Shown in pieces: positions 1 to 9,662 of a stretch of 64,000 bases of DNA (position 1 is the first letter of the stretch; each line of letters begins with the position of its first letter). The notes beneath the pieces are model-generated. The model did not search any database and was not told the origin of the DNA. It worked only from the letters and a program-made list of their open reading frames with translations. The translations under genes and the position numbers were made by a program. Source of the stretch: Bacillota bacterium (GTDB lineage Bacteria > Bacillota > Clostridia > TANB77 > CAG-465); NCBI GenBank assembly GCA_023460515.1, contig JAEWPS010000038.1, positions 7,409 to 71,408 on the forward strand, in the 5' to 3' direction.

Positions 1-183
1 TTGCAATACTAAAGTAGAATTATCTGAAGTATAAAAATCTAATTTGCAAGTTTCGTCTTTTAACACTTCTAATTTATCTTTTTTATTAGTTATATCACAA
101 GCATTTTGTAATCTAGAAATATCTAATTTTAGGTTATTTAACTTTTCTTTTATATCATCTATATCCATATTTATACCATCCAT
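1..183 (-). CDS. prfB: peptide chain release factor 2, N-terminal fragment (continues past window start)
   Basis: Hand translation of the minus strand from ATG 183 (alternative ATG 168) gives MDGINMDIDDIKEKLNNLKLDISRLQNACDITNKKDKLEVLKDETCKLDFYTSDNSTLVLQ. This fits the RF2 N-terminal helical region (..SL/D...K..L..L.....DFW.D pattern). It is below the ORF-track length cutoff. Confidence 0.5.
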   Translation of the reverse strand, partial: MDGINMDIDDIKEKLNNLKLDISRLQNACDITNKKDKLEVLKDETCKLDFYTSDNSTLVLQ

Positions 184-887
184 ATTTTATCTATATTATA
201 TAATTCATTATTACTTTCTACTTTTGCTATATCTATTGGTGAACAATTAAACTCTAAATACTCATCTTTGGTTGGATGGTAAAAAGATAAATAACATGAC
301 CACAAAGCTAAATTTTGTCCTACTTTGTTAGTTTTTTGCCCATATTTTATATCCCCATATAGTGGATAACCAGCATTTGCAAATTGTACTCTAATTTGAT
401 GGTGTCTACCAGTTTTTAAATTTACATTAACTAATGAATATTCCCTATTCATATATTTAAAGTTAGATATAGTTGTATATTCCAATAGTGCCTCTTTACT
501 ATTCTTGACATTACTAGATACAACCTTACTCATATTTAATCTTTCATCTTTTACTAAATAATCTTTAAGTTCTCCACTACCAGTAATACTACCATTTACA
601 ACTGCTAAATATTTTTTTTTGAATTCCCTATTTCTAATATATTCAGATAATCTGCTAGCAGCCTTAGAGGTTTTTGCAAAAACCATTAAACCTCCTACCA
701 TTCTATCTAATCTATGTACTAACCCTAAATATACTTCACCAGGTTTATTATATTTTTCTTTAATGTATGATTTAACTATAGTAAGCATATCTATATCCCC
801 AGATTTATCTGCTTGAACTGGTATATTACTAGGTTTAATTACTACTATTATATGATTATCTTCATAAACAATATGTAACTTATCCAT
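171..887 (-). CDS. RluA-family 23S rRNA/tRNA pseudouridine synthase
   Basis: ORF 171..920 carries the motifs HRLDRMVGGLMVFAKT and GRHHQIRVQF. Start placed at ATG 887 (MDKLHIVYEDNHIIVV), just after the upstream stop at 892 and preceded by a GAAAGGTAAGG SD-like sequence. ATG 920 is the longest alternative. Confidence 0.85.
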   Translation of the reverse strand: MDKLHIVYEDNHIIVVIKPSNIPVQADKSGDIDMLTIVKSYIKEKYNKPGEVYLGLVHRLDRMVGGLMVFAKTSKAASRLSEYIRNREFKKKYLAVVNGSITGSGELKDYLVKDERLNMSKVVSSNVKNSKEALLEYTTISNFKYMNREYSLVNVNLKTGRHHQIRVQFANAGYPLYGDIKYGQKTNKVGQNLALWSCYLSFYHPTKDEYLEFNCSPIDIAKVESNNELYNIDKIWMV

Positions 888-891
888 ATAT

Positions 892-2796
892 CTAAACCTT
901 ACCTTTCTTCTTATGTACATTACGTATTCTTGGTTTACTTTTTCTGATTTGTTCTTGTTTTTTTATTTCTGACTGCCTTTTTATAGCAGATATTCTTCCT
1001 TTATCACTTTCTCTAGGTTTTATTAAACACTTATTATCAAAACCAATTAAATCTGTTCTATCTGCCTTTATTAAGGCTTCCTTTACTACATCATAATTTT
1101 CTTTTTTCCTATATTGTAATAAAGTTCTTTGCATTCTCTTCTCATTTTCAAGTTTTGGAACATATACACTTTCCATAGTCCTTGGATCTAATCCAGTATA
1201 ATACATACATGTAGATATTGTAGCAGGAGTTGGATAAAAATCTTGTACTTGCTCTGGCATATATCCTATAGAATTCAAATACTCAGATAATCTAACAGCG
1301 CTTTTTAAACTACATCCCGGATGTGAAGATATATAGTAAGGAACAATATATTGTTCTTTACCTAACTTTTTATTTACTTCTTTAAATTTAGTAACAAACT
1401 TTCTATATACATCAAAATCTGGCTTACCCATTTTTTTAAGTACACCTGATTCACTATGCTCTGGGGCAACTTTTAATTGACCACTTACATGATGCTCACA
1501 TAATTCTTTTAAGAAAGTATCGTCTTTATCTTGCATTACATAATCAAAACGTATACCTGAACGTATAAACACTTTTTTTACTTTATTTATTTTTCTAAGT
1601 TTTCTAAGCAAACTAACATAATCCGAATGGTCTACTATTAAATTTTTACAAGGTGTAGGAAATAGACATTGTCTATCCTTACATACACCGTGCTTTAATT
1701 GTTTTGTACAAGCAACTTGTCTAAAGTTTGCTGTAGGACCACCAACATCATGAATATATCCCTTGAAGTTACCTTTTCTGGTTAATAATTCAGCCTCTTT
1801 AACTATTGATTCATGACTTCTTACACTTAATTTTCTACCTTGATGGTATGTAATAGCACAATAATTACAAGAACCAAAACAACCTCTATTTGAAACCAAA
1901 CTAAATTCTACTTCTTCAATAGAAGCTACACCACCTTGCTCTTTGTATTTAGGGTGATATGTTCTTTCATATGGTAAATCATATATCTTATCTAGTTCCT
2001 CTGTTGTCAGTTGCTTTGCAGGTTCATTTTGAACTACATATACATCTCCATGTTTTTGTATTATACATTTTCCATAAATATCATCTTGCTCTTTCAAAAC
2101 TTGCATGTGTGCTGTAGCATATGCCTTCTTATCACTACTTACTTCTTCAAACGAAGGAATAATTAAGCAATCTTTTTTAGTTATTAATTTATCTATATTT
2201 GTTTCTAAATATACAGTTCCTCTAACATCTTTTATACTACTTAGTGGTATACCTTTTTTTATCTTTTCACATATTTCTTTAATAGGATTTTCTCCCATTC
2301 CATATACAAGTAAATCTGCACCTGAAGATATTAGTATAGACGGTAATACTTTATCTTGCCAATAATCATAATGTGCAAATTTTCTAAGTGACACTTCTAT
2401 ACTACCAGCCAAACAAAATACGTCAGGATATATACTCTTAATCATTTTAGTGTATACATCAGTAGCCATATCCGGTCTTAACCCTGCTTTAGAGCCTGGA
2501 CTATAAACGTCTTTACTTCTTTTTTTCTTAGCTACTGTATAGTTGTTTACCATAGAGTCTATAACCCCTGATGAAATTAAAAAAGCGTGATTTGGTTTGC
2601 CCAGTTCCATGTAATCTTTTTTACTTTGTGGTTGAGCTATTATACCAACAGTAAAACCCATTGATTCAATATATCTAGATATTATTGCTTGACCAAATGA
2701 AGGATGATCTGTATATGCTTCACCTGTAATCATTATAAAGTCTAATGTATTAATATTTCTTTCTTTTAAATCTTGTTTTGATATTGGTAAAAACAT
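892..2796 (-). CDS. YgiQ-family (UPF0313) radical SAM protein
   Basis: 634-aa ORF with the radical SAM cluster [12 protein letters not shown] and YgiQ-like overall layout. GGAGGG SD before ATG 2796. Lys/Arg-rich C-terminal tail. Confidence 0.88.
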   Translation of the reverse strand: MFLPISKQDLKERNINTLDFIMITGEAYTDHPSFGQAIISRYIESMGFTVGIIAQPQSKKDYMELGKPNHAFLISSGVIDSMVNNYTVAKKKRSKDVYSPGSKAGLRPDMATDVYTKMIKSIYPDVFCLAGSIEVSLRKFAHYDYWQDKVLPSILISSGADLLVYGMGENPIKEICEKIKKGIPLSSIKDVRGTVYLETNIDKLITKKDCLIIPSFEEVSSDKKAYATAHMQVLKEQDDIYGKCIIQKHGDVYVVQNEPAKQLTTEELDKIYDLPYERTYHPKYKEQGGVASIEEVEFSLVSNRGCFGSCNYCAITYHQGRKLSVRSHESIVKEAELLTRKGNFKGYIHDVGGPTANFRQVACTKQLKHGVCKDRQCLFPTPCKNLIVDHSDYVSLLRKLRKINKVKKVFIRSGIRFDYVMQDKDDTFLKELCEHHVSGQLKVAPEHSESGVLKKMGKPDFDVYRKFVTKFKEVNKKLGKEQYIVPYYISSHPGCSLKSAVRLSEYLNSIGYMPEQVQDFYPTPATISTCMYYTGLDPRTMESVYVPKLENEKRMQRTLLQYRKKENYDVVKEALIKADRTDLIGFDNKCLIKPRESDKGRISAIKRQSEIKKQEQIRKSKPRIRNVHKKKGKV

Positions 2797-2825
2797 TTTA
2801 TTTACCCTCCTTATTAATTGGTCTT

Positions 2826-4226
2826 TTATTTATTGTTATTATTACTATTGTTATATTTTTTAGATATTTTATTTATGCTTCCTATAAAACCTTTTGCAGA
2901 AGTTTCACATATATTAATATTATTATATTTTAATTTTAAATCTATAAGTTTTACATCATCTAAAAATATCTCTTCATCTTCTTTTAGACAAACATCTGGA
3001 ATAATTATTGTTCTGCTTTTTGGTAAATCTTTTATAGTATCTAGTATATCGTTACCTGTCATAAGCCCAGTAACGGTTATATTACTGCCGAAATAATTAT
3101 TTTCAACATATCTTACGTCTACGTCTATATTACCTATAATTTCAGCTAATATTTTTGCTTTTTTATTTATAAATTCATATGTTATTTTTCCAGTAAGTAT
3201 TGTTATACAAATTTTGTTTTTTTCTTTGTATTCTACATTAGCTAATTTTCTTTTTAATTTAGTTAATTCTTTATTAAACTCATCTTCAAAAACTGCAATC
3301 ATTCCTACACCATTTTCAAGTTGTGGGAAATCTTCATAATCTTTATACTCTGGAATATCCATATTGGCTTTTAAGTAAAATTCATCTGATAAATATACTA
3401 AATTTGTGCTATATTTTTTCTTAAATTGCTTTTGAAATTTACTTACATTTTCTATTACCTCTATACAATCTTGTTTTTCAAGAGGATATAACTTAAATAG
3501 ATTATCTCTATGTTTACTTATTCCAACAGGTACAATACAAATACTTTTAATCATTGGCATATATTTAGTAATATCTTTTAATGTTGTATTTAGTACTTCT
3601 TTATCATTAATATCTTTGCATAAAACTATTTGCATATTCATTTCTATTTTTGCTTCATATAGTTTATCTATATATTTAAGTACTTTACCTGCATTTTTAT
3701 TATTTAACATTTTACATCTTATTTCTTCATTAGTTGTGTGTAAAGATATATTAATAGGCGATATTCTATATTTAATAATTCTGTCTATATCGCTTTCCTT
3801 CATATTTGTAAGTGTTATATAATTTCCAGAAAAAAAAGATAATCTATAATCGTCATCTTTAAATATTAATGTATCCCTAACATGTTTAGGTAATTGTTCC
3901 ATAAAACAAAATACACACTTGTTATGACAGTTTTTAGGCTTGTCTATTAATTCAGTTTCAAATACCAACCCTAAATCTTCATATTCTTCTTTTTCAATTT
4001 CATATATTTCTATTTCACCTTGCAAATTTTCAAATTCAATTTCTAAATATTCATCTGCAATCAAAAATTTATAATCTAGTATATCTATTATTTTATTACC
4101 ATTTATACTAATCAATTTAAAACCTATAGATATTCCTATTTGATCAGATATACTATCTTTTACAACATCTTTTATTATGTTTGCTCTATCTTTTAATCTA
4201 TAACTAGTTTCATATTTGTTTTTCAA
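2826..4226 (-). CDS. DUF512 domain protein (PDZ-like N-terminus plus radical-SAM-like core)
   Basis: 466-aa ORF with a TTG start 10 nt after AAGGGGG. Cys cluster CHNKCVFCF and a PDZ-like segment ([18 protein letters not shown]), typical of Firmicute DUF512 proteins. Confidence 0.75.
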   Translation of the reverse strand: MKNKYETSYRLKDRANIIKDVVKDSISDQIGISIGFKLISINGNKIIDILDYKFLIADEYLEIEFENLQGEIEIYEIEKEEYEDLGLVFETELIDKPKNCHNKCVFCFMEQLPKHVRDTLIFKDDDYRLSFFSGNYITLTNMKESDIDRIIKYRISPINISLHTTNEEIRCKMLNNKNAGKVLKYIDKLYEAKIEMNMQIVLCKDINDKEVLNTTLKDITKYMPMIKSICIVPVGISKHRDNLFKLYPLEKQDCIEVIENVSKFQKQFKKKYSTNLVYLSDEFYLKANMDIPEYKDYEDFPQLENGVGMIAVFEDEFNKELTKLKRKLANVEYKEKNKICITILTGKITYEFINKKAKILAEIIGNIDVDVRYVENNYFGSNITVTGLMTGNDILDTIKDLPKSRTIIIPDVCLKEDEEIFLDDVKLIDLKLKYNNINICETSAKGFIGSINKISKKYNNSNNNNK

Positions 4227-4281
4227 AAATAATATACCCCCTTAAAAAATAAAAAACTCCACAAGCTGTGGAGTAAAATAA

Positions 4282-4479
4282 CTATTTTGTTTCTTTTTCT
4301 TTGCTTTTAATTTCCACTGCTTGTTTCTTATCATAGAATCCGCAACTTGGACAAGCAACGTGAGAAAGCACTGCTTCTCCACAATTTGAACATGTAGATA
4401 AGTTTTTGCCTTCGATTTTCCATGTTGAACGTCTTAAATGTGTTCTTTCTTTAGACCATCTTCTTTTTGGTTGTGCCAT
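4282..4479 (-). CDS. rpmF: 50S ribosomal protein L32
   Basis: 65 aa, MAQPKRRWSKERTHLRR..., with a CxxC...CxxC zinc ribbon (CSNCGE...CPSCG). Confidence 0.95.
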   Translation of the reverse strand: MAQPKRRWSKERTHLRRSTWKIEGKNLSTCSNCGEAVLSHVACPSCGFYDKKQAVEIKSKEKETK

Positions 4480-4566
4480 TTATTATTCCCCCTTTTGTAT
4501 AAAAAGAAATATGTTTATAATCAAATAAATGACTATATAATTTCTAAGTTTATTTATTACCAATAT

Positions 4567-4595
4567 ATTATATACTAGATTTACTTTAAAGTCAA
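4567..4595 (-). promoter_or_regulatory. sigma-A type promoter for rpmF (TTGACT-N17-TATAAT)
   Basis: On the minus strand: TTGACT (4590..4595), a 17-nt spacer, then TATAAT (4567..4572), ~90 nt upstream of the rpmF ATG. Confidence 0.55.
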
Positions 4596-4674
4596 TATAT
4601 TTTTAAAAAGTTTAGTGCTATTTTATCATTTTGAGTTAAAACTACTTATTTTATAATTAATATTTATAAACAAC

Positions 4675-4704
4675 TTGCTAGTTTGAGTAGGTTTGTGATA
4701 TAAT
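4675..4704 (+). promoter_or_regulatory. sigma-A type promoter for the DUF1294 gene (TTGCTA-N18-TGaTATAAT)
   Basis: TTGCTA at 4675..4680 and an extended -10 TGATATAAT ending at 4704. The GAGGTG SD and TTG start at 4729 follow. Confidence 0.5.
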
Positions 4705-4728
4705 TTAAATCAGATGAGGTGATCACTT

Positions 4729-5005
4729 TTGAATATACAATTATATATTACTTTATATATAATAATTATTAATATAATAGCTTTTTTTGTTATGAAAATA
4801 GATAAAAATAAAGCCATAAAGCATGAATGTAGAATAAGTGAAAAAACAATATTTACTTATGCTTTATTTCTTCGGAGCAATTGGTATATATGCTGGAATG
4901 CATAAATATAGGCATAAGACTAAACATATGAAATTTGTTATTCTTATACCTATATTAATTTTCTTAAATATTTTAACTGTATATTATATTTTTATATCAT
5001 TATAA
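4729..5005 (+). pseudogene. DUF1294 membrane protein gene disrupted by a +1 frameshift near 4868..4873
   Basis: Frame A runs from TTG 4729 (SD GAGGTG): LNIQLYITLYIIIINIIAFFVMKIDKNKAIKHECRISEKTIFTYALF, then stops at 4903. Frame B continues FGAIGIYAGMHKYRHKTKHMKFVILIPILIFLNILTVYYIFISL* to 5005. Joined, they reproduce the DUF1294 pattern (DK.KA....RI.E.TL..LAL.GG..GA..GM...RHKTKH.KF). Confidence 0.65.
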
Positions 5006-7357
5006 TGTTTGACTTTTATTAAATTTACTTACTACTATCGTTACATCATCATGTAATGTGTTTTTATATTCTTTTAATACCAGTTTATGAAGTTCATTTG
5101 CAATTTCTTTTGAACTTCTTGATGAATCAATACTAGTTAATACTTTTGTAAAGTAATTATCGTTTGCATTCATATTATCATTTACTACACCATCAGATAT
5201 TTGAATAATAATATCGTTTTCATCTAATTTTTTAGATATTGGAACATATTCATTATCATTTACAAGTCCAACAGGTATATTACATGAGTTTATTGTTATT
5301 ACTTTTCCACTTTGTATTATATAAGTAGGAGCAGCTCCTAATTTAATATACTCAGATTCAGCTTTTTCTAAATCATTTATTACTATATCTAACGAAGCAA
5401 AAATATTCTCATCTTGTTTCATTTTTATTATTGTATTTATAATTTCTATTGCTTTTTCTTGTTCAAAACCACCATCTAATAGTTTTTCTAACATATTAAT
5501 TACAGTTCTACTACTTTTTTCTGCGACTTCACCACTTCCAGCCCCATCACTTATTGCAGACATATATTTTCCTACTCCTAAATCCATAGATAAATATGAG
5601 TCTCCTGATACAGATTCATTCATTTTAGGACTTTTTGCAATACCTATTTCCAAACTATACTTTGACATTGAAACAAGTTTTATTTTTGATCTTTCACTTT
5701 TGCTAATATTTAATAATAATTTAATATTCATAGGTTTTTCTAACATATTAGATACAAGTTTAACTATTTCTTTTTTTTGTTTATCTATATCATTTAATAT
5801 ATCTGTTATAAATGTATATTCTATATAGTTTTTATCTATATTTAAATCATCTTCATATATCATATAACCATGTAGCTTTAATTCTTCTCTTAAACCTTTA
5901 ATATTTTTCTCTGTTTTTGCCGGCATATTTTTTATATTCTTAGATATATTAGATATTATTTTAGAAACTTCTTTATATTGTTTAGATAGTTTTTTATTAC
6001 TTTCTTCTTCCTTCTTTTTTAGTATTCTCATTACTTTCATACTACTATATATTTCTTTTATATCTTTTATAATTCTAGATGATTCTACACATTTAATATT
6101 AAGCATAGACTCAGAAATTTCTTCGTTATTTTCAAGTTTTGATGCAATATAATCCACAGATAATTCAAGATTTTCTTCATTTAAACAGTCATATTTGCTT
6201 GTACAACCAATGCAGTTATTATGAGTATAATCTACTATATATCTTTTAATAACTTCACGTGTTTCTACCATATCTTCTTTACTTGATTCAAGTGTTATAT
6301 CTGATAAACTATTGAAAACTCCAGAAACTGCATCTAGCCTATTTTTAACATCACTTCCAAAATCTAATAAATTATCATATGAACTTTTTAGTGTTGTATT
6401 TATGTTAAAGAAATTATCTAATTTTTTTTCAAGTTTCTTAGGCATAAATAAAAGTGGCACAGAAGCTATAAGAATTTCTATTAATGTTGTAGTAAAATAT
6501 GAAGAACTTCCTGCTAGATAATTTACTAATAAAGATCCAGATATAAATCCAATAACAACTGAAATCTTTCCGATTTTACCCAATAATCCAGCAAGCATAC
6601 TACTAAAAGCAAGCGTAACAATATATGTTAAATTAGCTTGACTTCCTGTAGATATTATAAGTCCCATTATAAGGCCAGAAGCACATCCAAGTATAGGACC
6701 ATTTTTCCATCCGTATATTAAAACACATGTTATACCTAAAATATTCATTATTGAAATATCTAATATATTAGTATTTTTAAATCCAACTATTAAAAATGCT
6801 ATTATACAAAGAACAGCTATATTTTCCTCTCCAGAGAAAATATATCCCTTCTTATAATTAAGTATCACATACATTCCAGATAGAAACACTATATATAGTA
6901 TTGCTACTAAAAGTATTTCATATATTGATGAAACTATAGTTAAATCTTGAATAAATAACAAATTAATAATTTTCACTATAGATACGGATAACATGAGTTT
7001 AATCATTGCACTATATTTTCTACTTATACCTTCTATATTAATCATTACGGTTAAAAAAGTAAATATTACAAAAAATACAGTTAGTCCAATTATTTTAGTT
7101 ATTGAAAATGCAGATATAATCATACCTATTACACTAGATATAAATACTGCAAGCAGTGGAACATTAAATATACTAGCAATTCCAAGCATTACGTATCCAA
7201 ACGGATTAAGCCCCTCAGTCATAGTTTGCATTGATAAAATTATAGATAATATCATAAATATCACTGTTTTAATGCTAATAATATTCCCTTTAGTTTTAAC
7301 ATTTTGAATCATATCACTATCTAAGATATCATCTTCTAAATATTCGTTATACACCAT
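5000..7357 (-). CDS. spoIIE: stage II sporulation protein E (membrane PP2C phosphatase)
   Basis: 785 aa with ~10 N-terminal TM helices, a central regulatory region and a C-terminal PP2C domain (SGDSYLSMDLG..., ISDGAGSG, ISDGV). AAGAGGTG SD. Confidence 0.9.
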   Translation of the reverse strand: MVYNEYLEDDILDSDMIQNVKTKGNIISIKTVIFMILSIILSMQTMTEGLNPFGYVMLGIASIFNVPLLAVFISSVIGMIISAFSITKIIGLTVFFVIFTFLTVMINIEGISRKYSAMIKLMLSVSIVKIINLLFIQDLTIVSSIYEILLVAILYIVFLSGMYVILNYKKGYIFSGEENIAVLCIIAFLIVGFKNTNILDISIMNILGITCVLIYGWKNGPILGCASGLIMGLIISTGSQANLTYIVTLAFSSMLAGLLGKIGKISVVIGFISGSLLVNYLAGSSSYFTTTLIEILIASVPLLFMPKKLEKKLDNFFNINTTLKSSYDNLLDFGSDVKNRLDAVSGVFNSLSDITLESSKEDMVETREVIKRYIVDYTHNNCIGCTSKYDCLNEENLELSVDYIASKLENNEEISESMLNIKCVESSRIIKDIKEIYSSMKVMRILKKKEEESNKKLSKQYKEVSKIISNISKNIKNMPAKTEKNIKGLREELKLHGYMIYEDDLNIDKNYIEYTFITDILNDIDKQKKEIVKLVSNMLEKPMNIKLLLNISKSERSKIKLVSMSKYSLEIGIAKSPKMNESVSGDSYLSMDLGVGKYMSAISDGAGSGEVAEKSSRTVINMLEKLLDGGFEQEKAIEIINTIIKMKQDENIFASLDIVINDLEKAESEYIKLGAAPTYIIQSGKVITINSCNIPVGLVNDNEYVPISKKLDENDIIIQISDGVVNDNMNANDNYFTKVLTSIDSSRSSKEIANELHKLVLKEYKNTLHDDVTIVVSKFNKSQTL

Positions 7358-7524
7358 CTATTACACCTCTTTTATTACATATATGCTACGTATTATACTA
7401 TATATATTTTGAATATTTTGTCATATTTTTAAATCTAACAAATATTTATCTACTTTCGAATAAATATATCAAAATAGTAGGCATAACAAACTATTTTGAT
7501 ATATTATCTTTTGTATAAATTATA

Positions 7525-8766
7525 TTATTTATCTTTTTTCTTTGACTTAGTTATTTCCTTATCTTTTTTAATTTTTTCTTTTACTACTTTAGTTTTTAGT
7601 GGTTTATCCTTTTTAACGCTTTTAGATTTTACATTACTAGTAACTTTTTTAATATTTTTTACTATTCTATCCTTCAGACTAGTCTTTTTATTATCTTCTT
7701 TAGCAACATCTTCAATAATTTCTTCTTTAACTACTACTTCTACTTTACCTAGCGCGTTACCTATCATCTTTCTAGCAATTTCGTTTTCAGATGTATCATA
7801 GGCTCTTTCAAGTATAAATGTATCTAGTTCGTCATACATGAAATTAGTTACTAATTTTGAATATTCTAAATATTCATCCTCTGTTTTTATTGTTCTATGA
7901 ACATCATTTACCATAGTTTTAATTTTCATATCATATATTTCTTTATACATTCTTACATAATCTTTTAAAGTTATAACATCAAAAGCTAAACTTTCATCAT
8001 ATATTTTAAGTATTTTAAGAAACACTTTATCTATAATTTTAAAATATCTATATGAGTTTTTACATATATTAATTAATATCTTAAATTCATACATATGTCT
8101 ATCTATATCTGATTCAATTCCTTTAATCATAGTTTCTATAACAAATTCAATAAGTTCTCTTTCATCACTTGGTAATCTTGCTATATCATAATTATCATTT
8201 ATATAACCTACATAGTCATCTATAACTTCAAATATTTCTTTATACATTATATCTGTATATTCATCTGTTTGAATCTTTGTATCAATTTCGCTTGCTGTCT
8301 TAACTAAATTATTATATCTTTGATTTTTACCTTCATCTTTAATATTTTGCTTTACTTCTTCAATTACTGAAGATAAAATAAGTAAGTGATATTTTATATC
8401 TTCTTTAAACTTAAACTTAGATTTTGTTACTCTATCATACTCCATTTCAAGAAATACCTTTTGGAGTTTAAGTCTTTCAGTTTTATCTGTAGAATTAATA
8501 TTTGAAATAATATCTTCAGGATATGATATTTTTAGTTCATACATTTCCCTTTGCATAATATCGTATTGATATTTAACAAAAACTATTTCTCTTAATATAT
8601 TTTGTTGATATTCCTTTTGTTCTTCTTTTTCTAATTTGTTTATACTATTTAAATGCTCATCAATTGCTCTATTCATTTTGCTCATATTAACCATAATAAC
8701 AACTGTTTGAATTACTCTGTCAAATATATTAATTTTTTTCTTTTCGCTAACTACTATATCTGCCAT
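7525..8766 (-). CDS. hypothetical all-helical protein with Lys-rich C-terminal tail
   Basis: ORF 7525..8790. Start moved to ATG 8766 (MADIVVSEKK), preceded by AAAGGGGG. No recognisable family. The last ~70 aa are strongly basic (KK.TS.VKSKSVKKDKPLKTKVVKEKIKKDKE). Confidence 0.6.
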   Translation of the reverse strand: MADIVVSEKKKINIFDRVIQTVVIMVNMSKMNRAIDEHLNSINKLEKEEQKEYQQNILREIVFVKYQYDIMQREMYELKISYPEDIISNINSTDKTERLKLQKVFLEMEYDRVTKSKFKFKEDIKYHLLILSSVIEEVKQNIKDEGKNQRYNNLVKTASEIDTKIQTDEYTDIMYKEIFEVIDDYVGYINDNYDIARLPSDERELIEFVIETMIKGIESDIDRHMYEFKILINICKNSYRYFKIIDKVFLKILKIYDESLAFDVITLKDYVRMYKEIYDMKIKTMVNDVHRTIKTEDEYLEYSKLVTNFMYDELDTFILERAYDTSENEIARKMIGNALGKVEVVVKEEIIEDVAKEDNKKTSLKDRIVKNIKKVTSNVKSKSVKKDKPLKTKVVKEKIKKDKEITKSKKKDK

Positions 8767-8869
8767 ATTTTGGCCCCCTTTATATTTCAAATATATTATA
8801 CATTGTTTTTAATAATTTAGCAAGTATTTTGTACAAATAATTGCTAAATTTCGTTTTTTTTCGCCTTAT

Positions 8870-8910
8870 GAAAGACAAACAAACTGCCAGCAAAAATTTA
8901 TTGCTAGCAG
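8870..8910 (-). terminator. rho-independent terminator after the 216-aa gene
   Basis: Arms CTGCCAGCAA (8884..8893) and TTGCTAGCAG (8901..8910) with one mismatch. On the minus strand the stem is followed by TTTGTTTGTCTTTC. Confidence 0.6.
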
Positions 8911-8935
8911 TTCATTATAACTGTATTAATTTGTA

Positions 8936-9586
8936 TTAATCTTTTATTCGATGTTCTATGACACCTTGAATAGAGTCAATACATAAAAATGGTGGAATAA
9001 TCTCATCAATATTTTCTGTAAAGATTGCTTTTTTAAGTTCGCAGCCTATAGAAAAAACAATAGTATTAGTTCCCTTAGAATGATAGTACTCAATTCCTTT
9101 CATTATTTTAATAGAATCTTCAATTTTCTCATTAGAAATTGTTTCATTCCATTTTGTAATACTATCTATGCAATCAAACTGGTTTGAAAATGTACCGCAG
9201 TATTGTACTATTCGAAGTACCTTTCTACCACAGAAAATATACGTTGTATCTCTGGTAGACTTAAGTTTATGCGTTTTGCTAAGTTCTATAATATTGCAAA
9301 GTTGATCTTCATTCGTATGGTATACACTTACTAAACCAATTTGAATAATATCTAAATTTGAATCATCTACAAACTCAGCATTAGAATAATTTACAAGAAG
9401 CTCTTTAACCTCAGAACGTGTCTTACTATCATCTCCACTAATAATCCAAGAATATTGTAATGTATAGTCATCGAATTCTTCATAATACTTTACAAAAGCT
9501 GTGCCTCCGGCAAGTTCTTCGGTTACTGATTCATTCCTTTCTTTTGATTGTTTCATCATATTTTTAATTCCTGCGCAATAACACAT
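8936..9586 (-). CDS. hypothetical cytoplasmic Cys-rich protein
   Basis: 216-aa ORF. Strong AGGAGGT SD 9 nt before ATG 9586 and its own terminator. No family recognised. Confidence 0.6.
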   Translation of the reverse strand: MCYCAGIKNMMKQSKERNESVTEELAGGTAFVKYYEEFDDYTLQYSWIISGDDSKTRSEVKELLVNYSNAEFVDDSNLDIIQIGLVSVYHTNEDQLCNIIELSKTHKLKSTRDTTYIFCGRKVLRIVQYCGTFSNQFDCIDSITKWNETISNEKIEDSIKIMKGIEYYHSKGTNTIVFSIGCELKKAIFTENIDEIIPPFLCIDSIQGVIEHRIKD

Positions 9587-9662
9587 ACTTATCCTACCTC
9601 CTAACTTTATTTGGTATATTTTTTAAAATTGACATATATTATATCATGGTTTACGTAAAAAG

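Noticed and set aside
1-183. Looked for the programmed +1 frameshift site (in-frame TGA around codon 25) typical of many prfB genes
   Set aside because: The reading frame is continuous from the ATG through the region aligning with the canonical shift site (...ISRLQNACDITNKKDKLEVL...). No frameshift signal is present in the visible 61 codons.
7454-7460. Spo0A-box-like TTTCGAA about 100 bp upstream of spoIIE
   Set aside because: It is a single 6-of-7 match to TGTCGAA in very AT-rich DNA. That is not enough to call a regulatory site.
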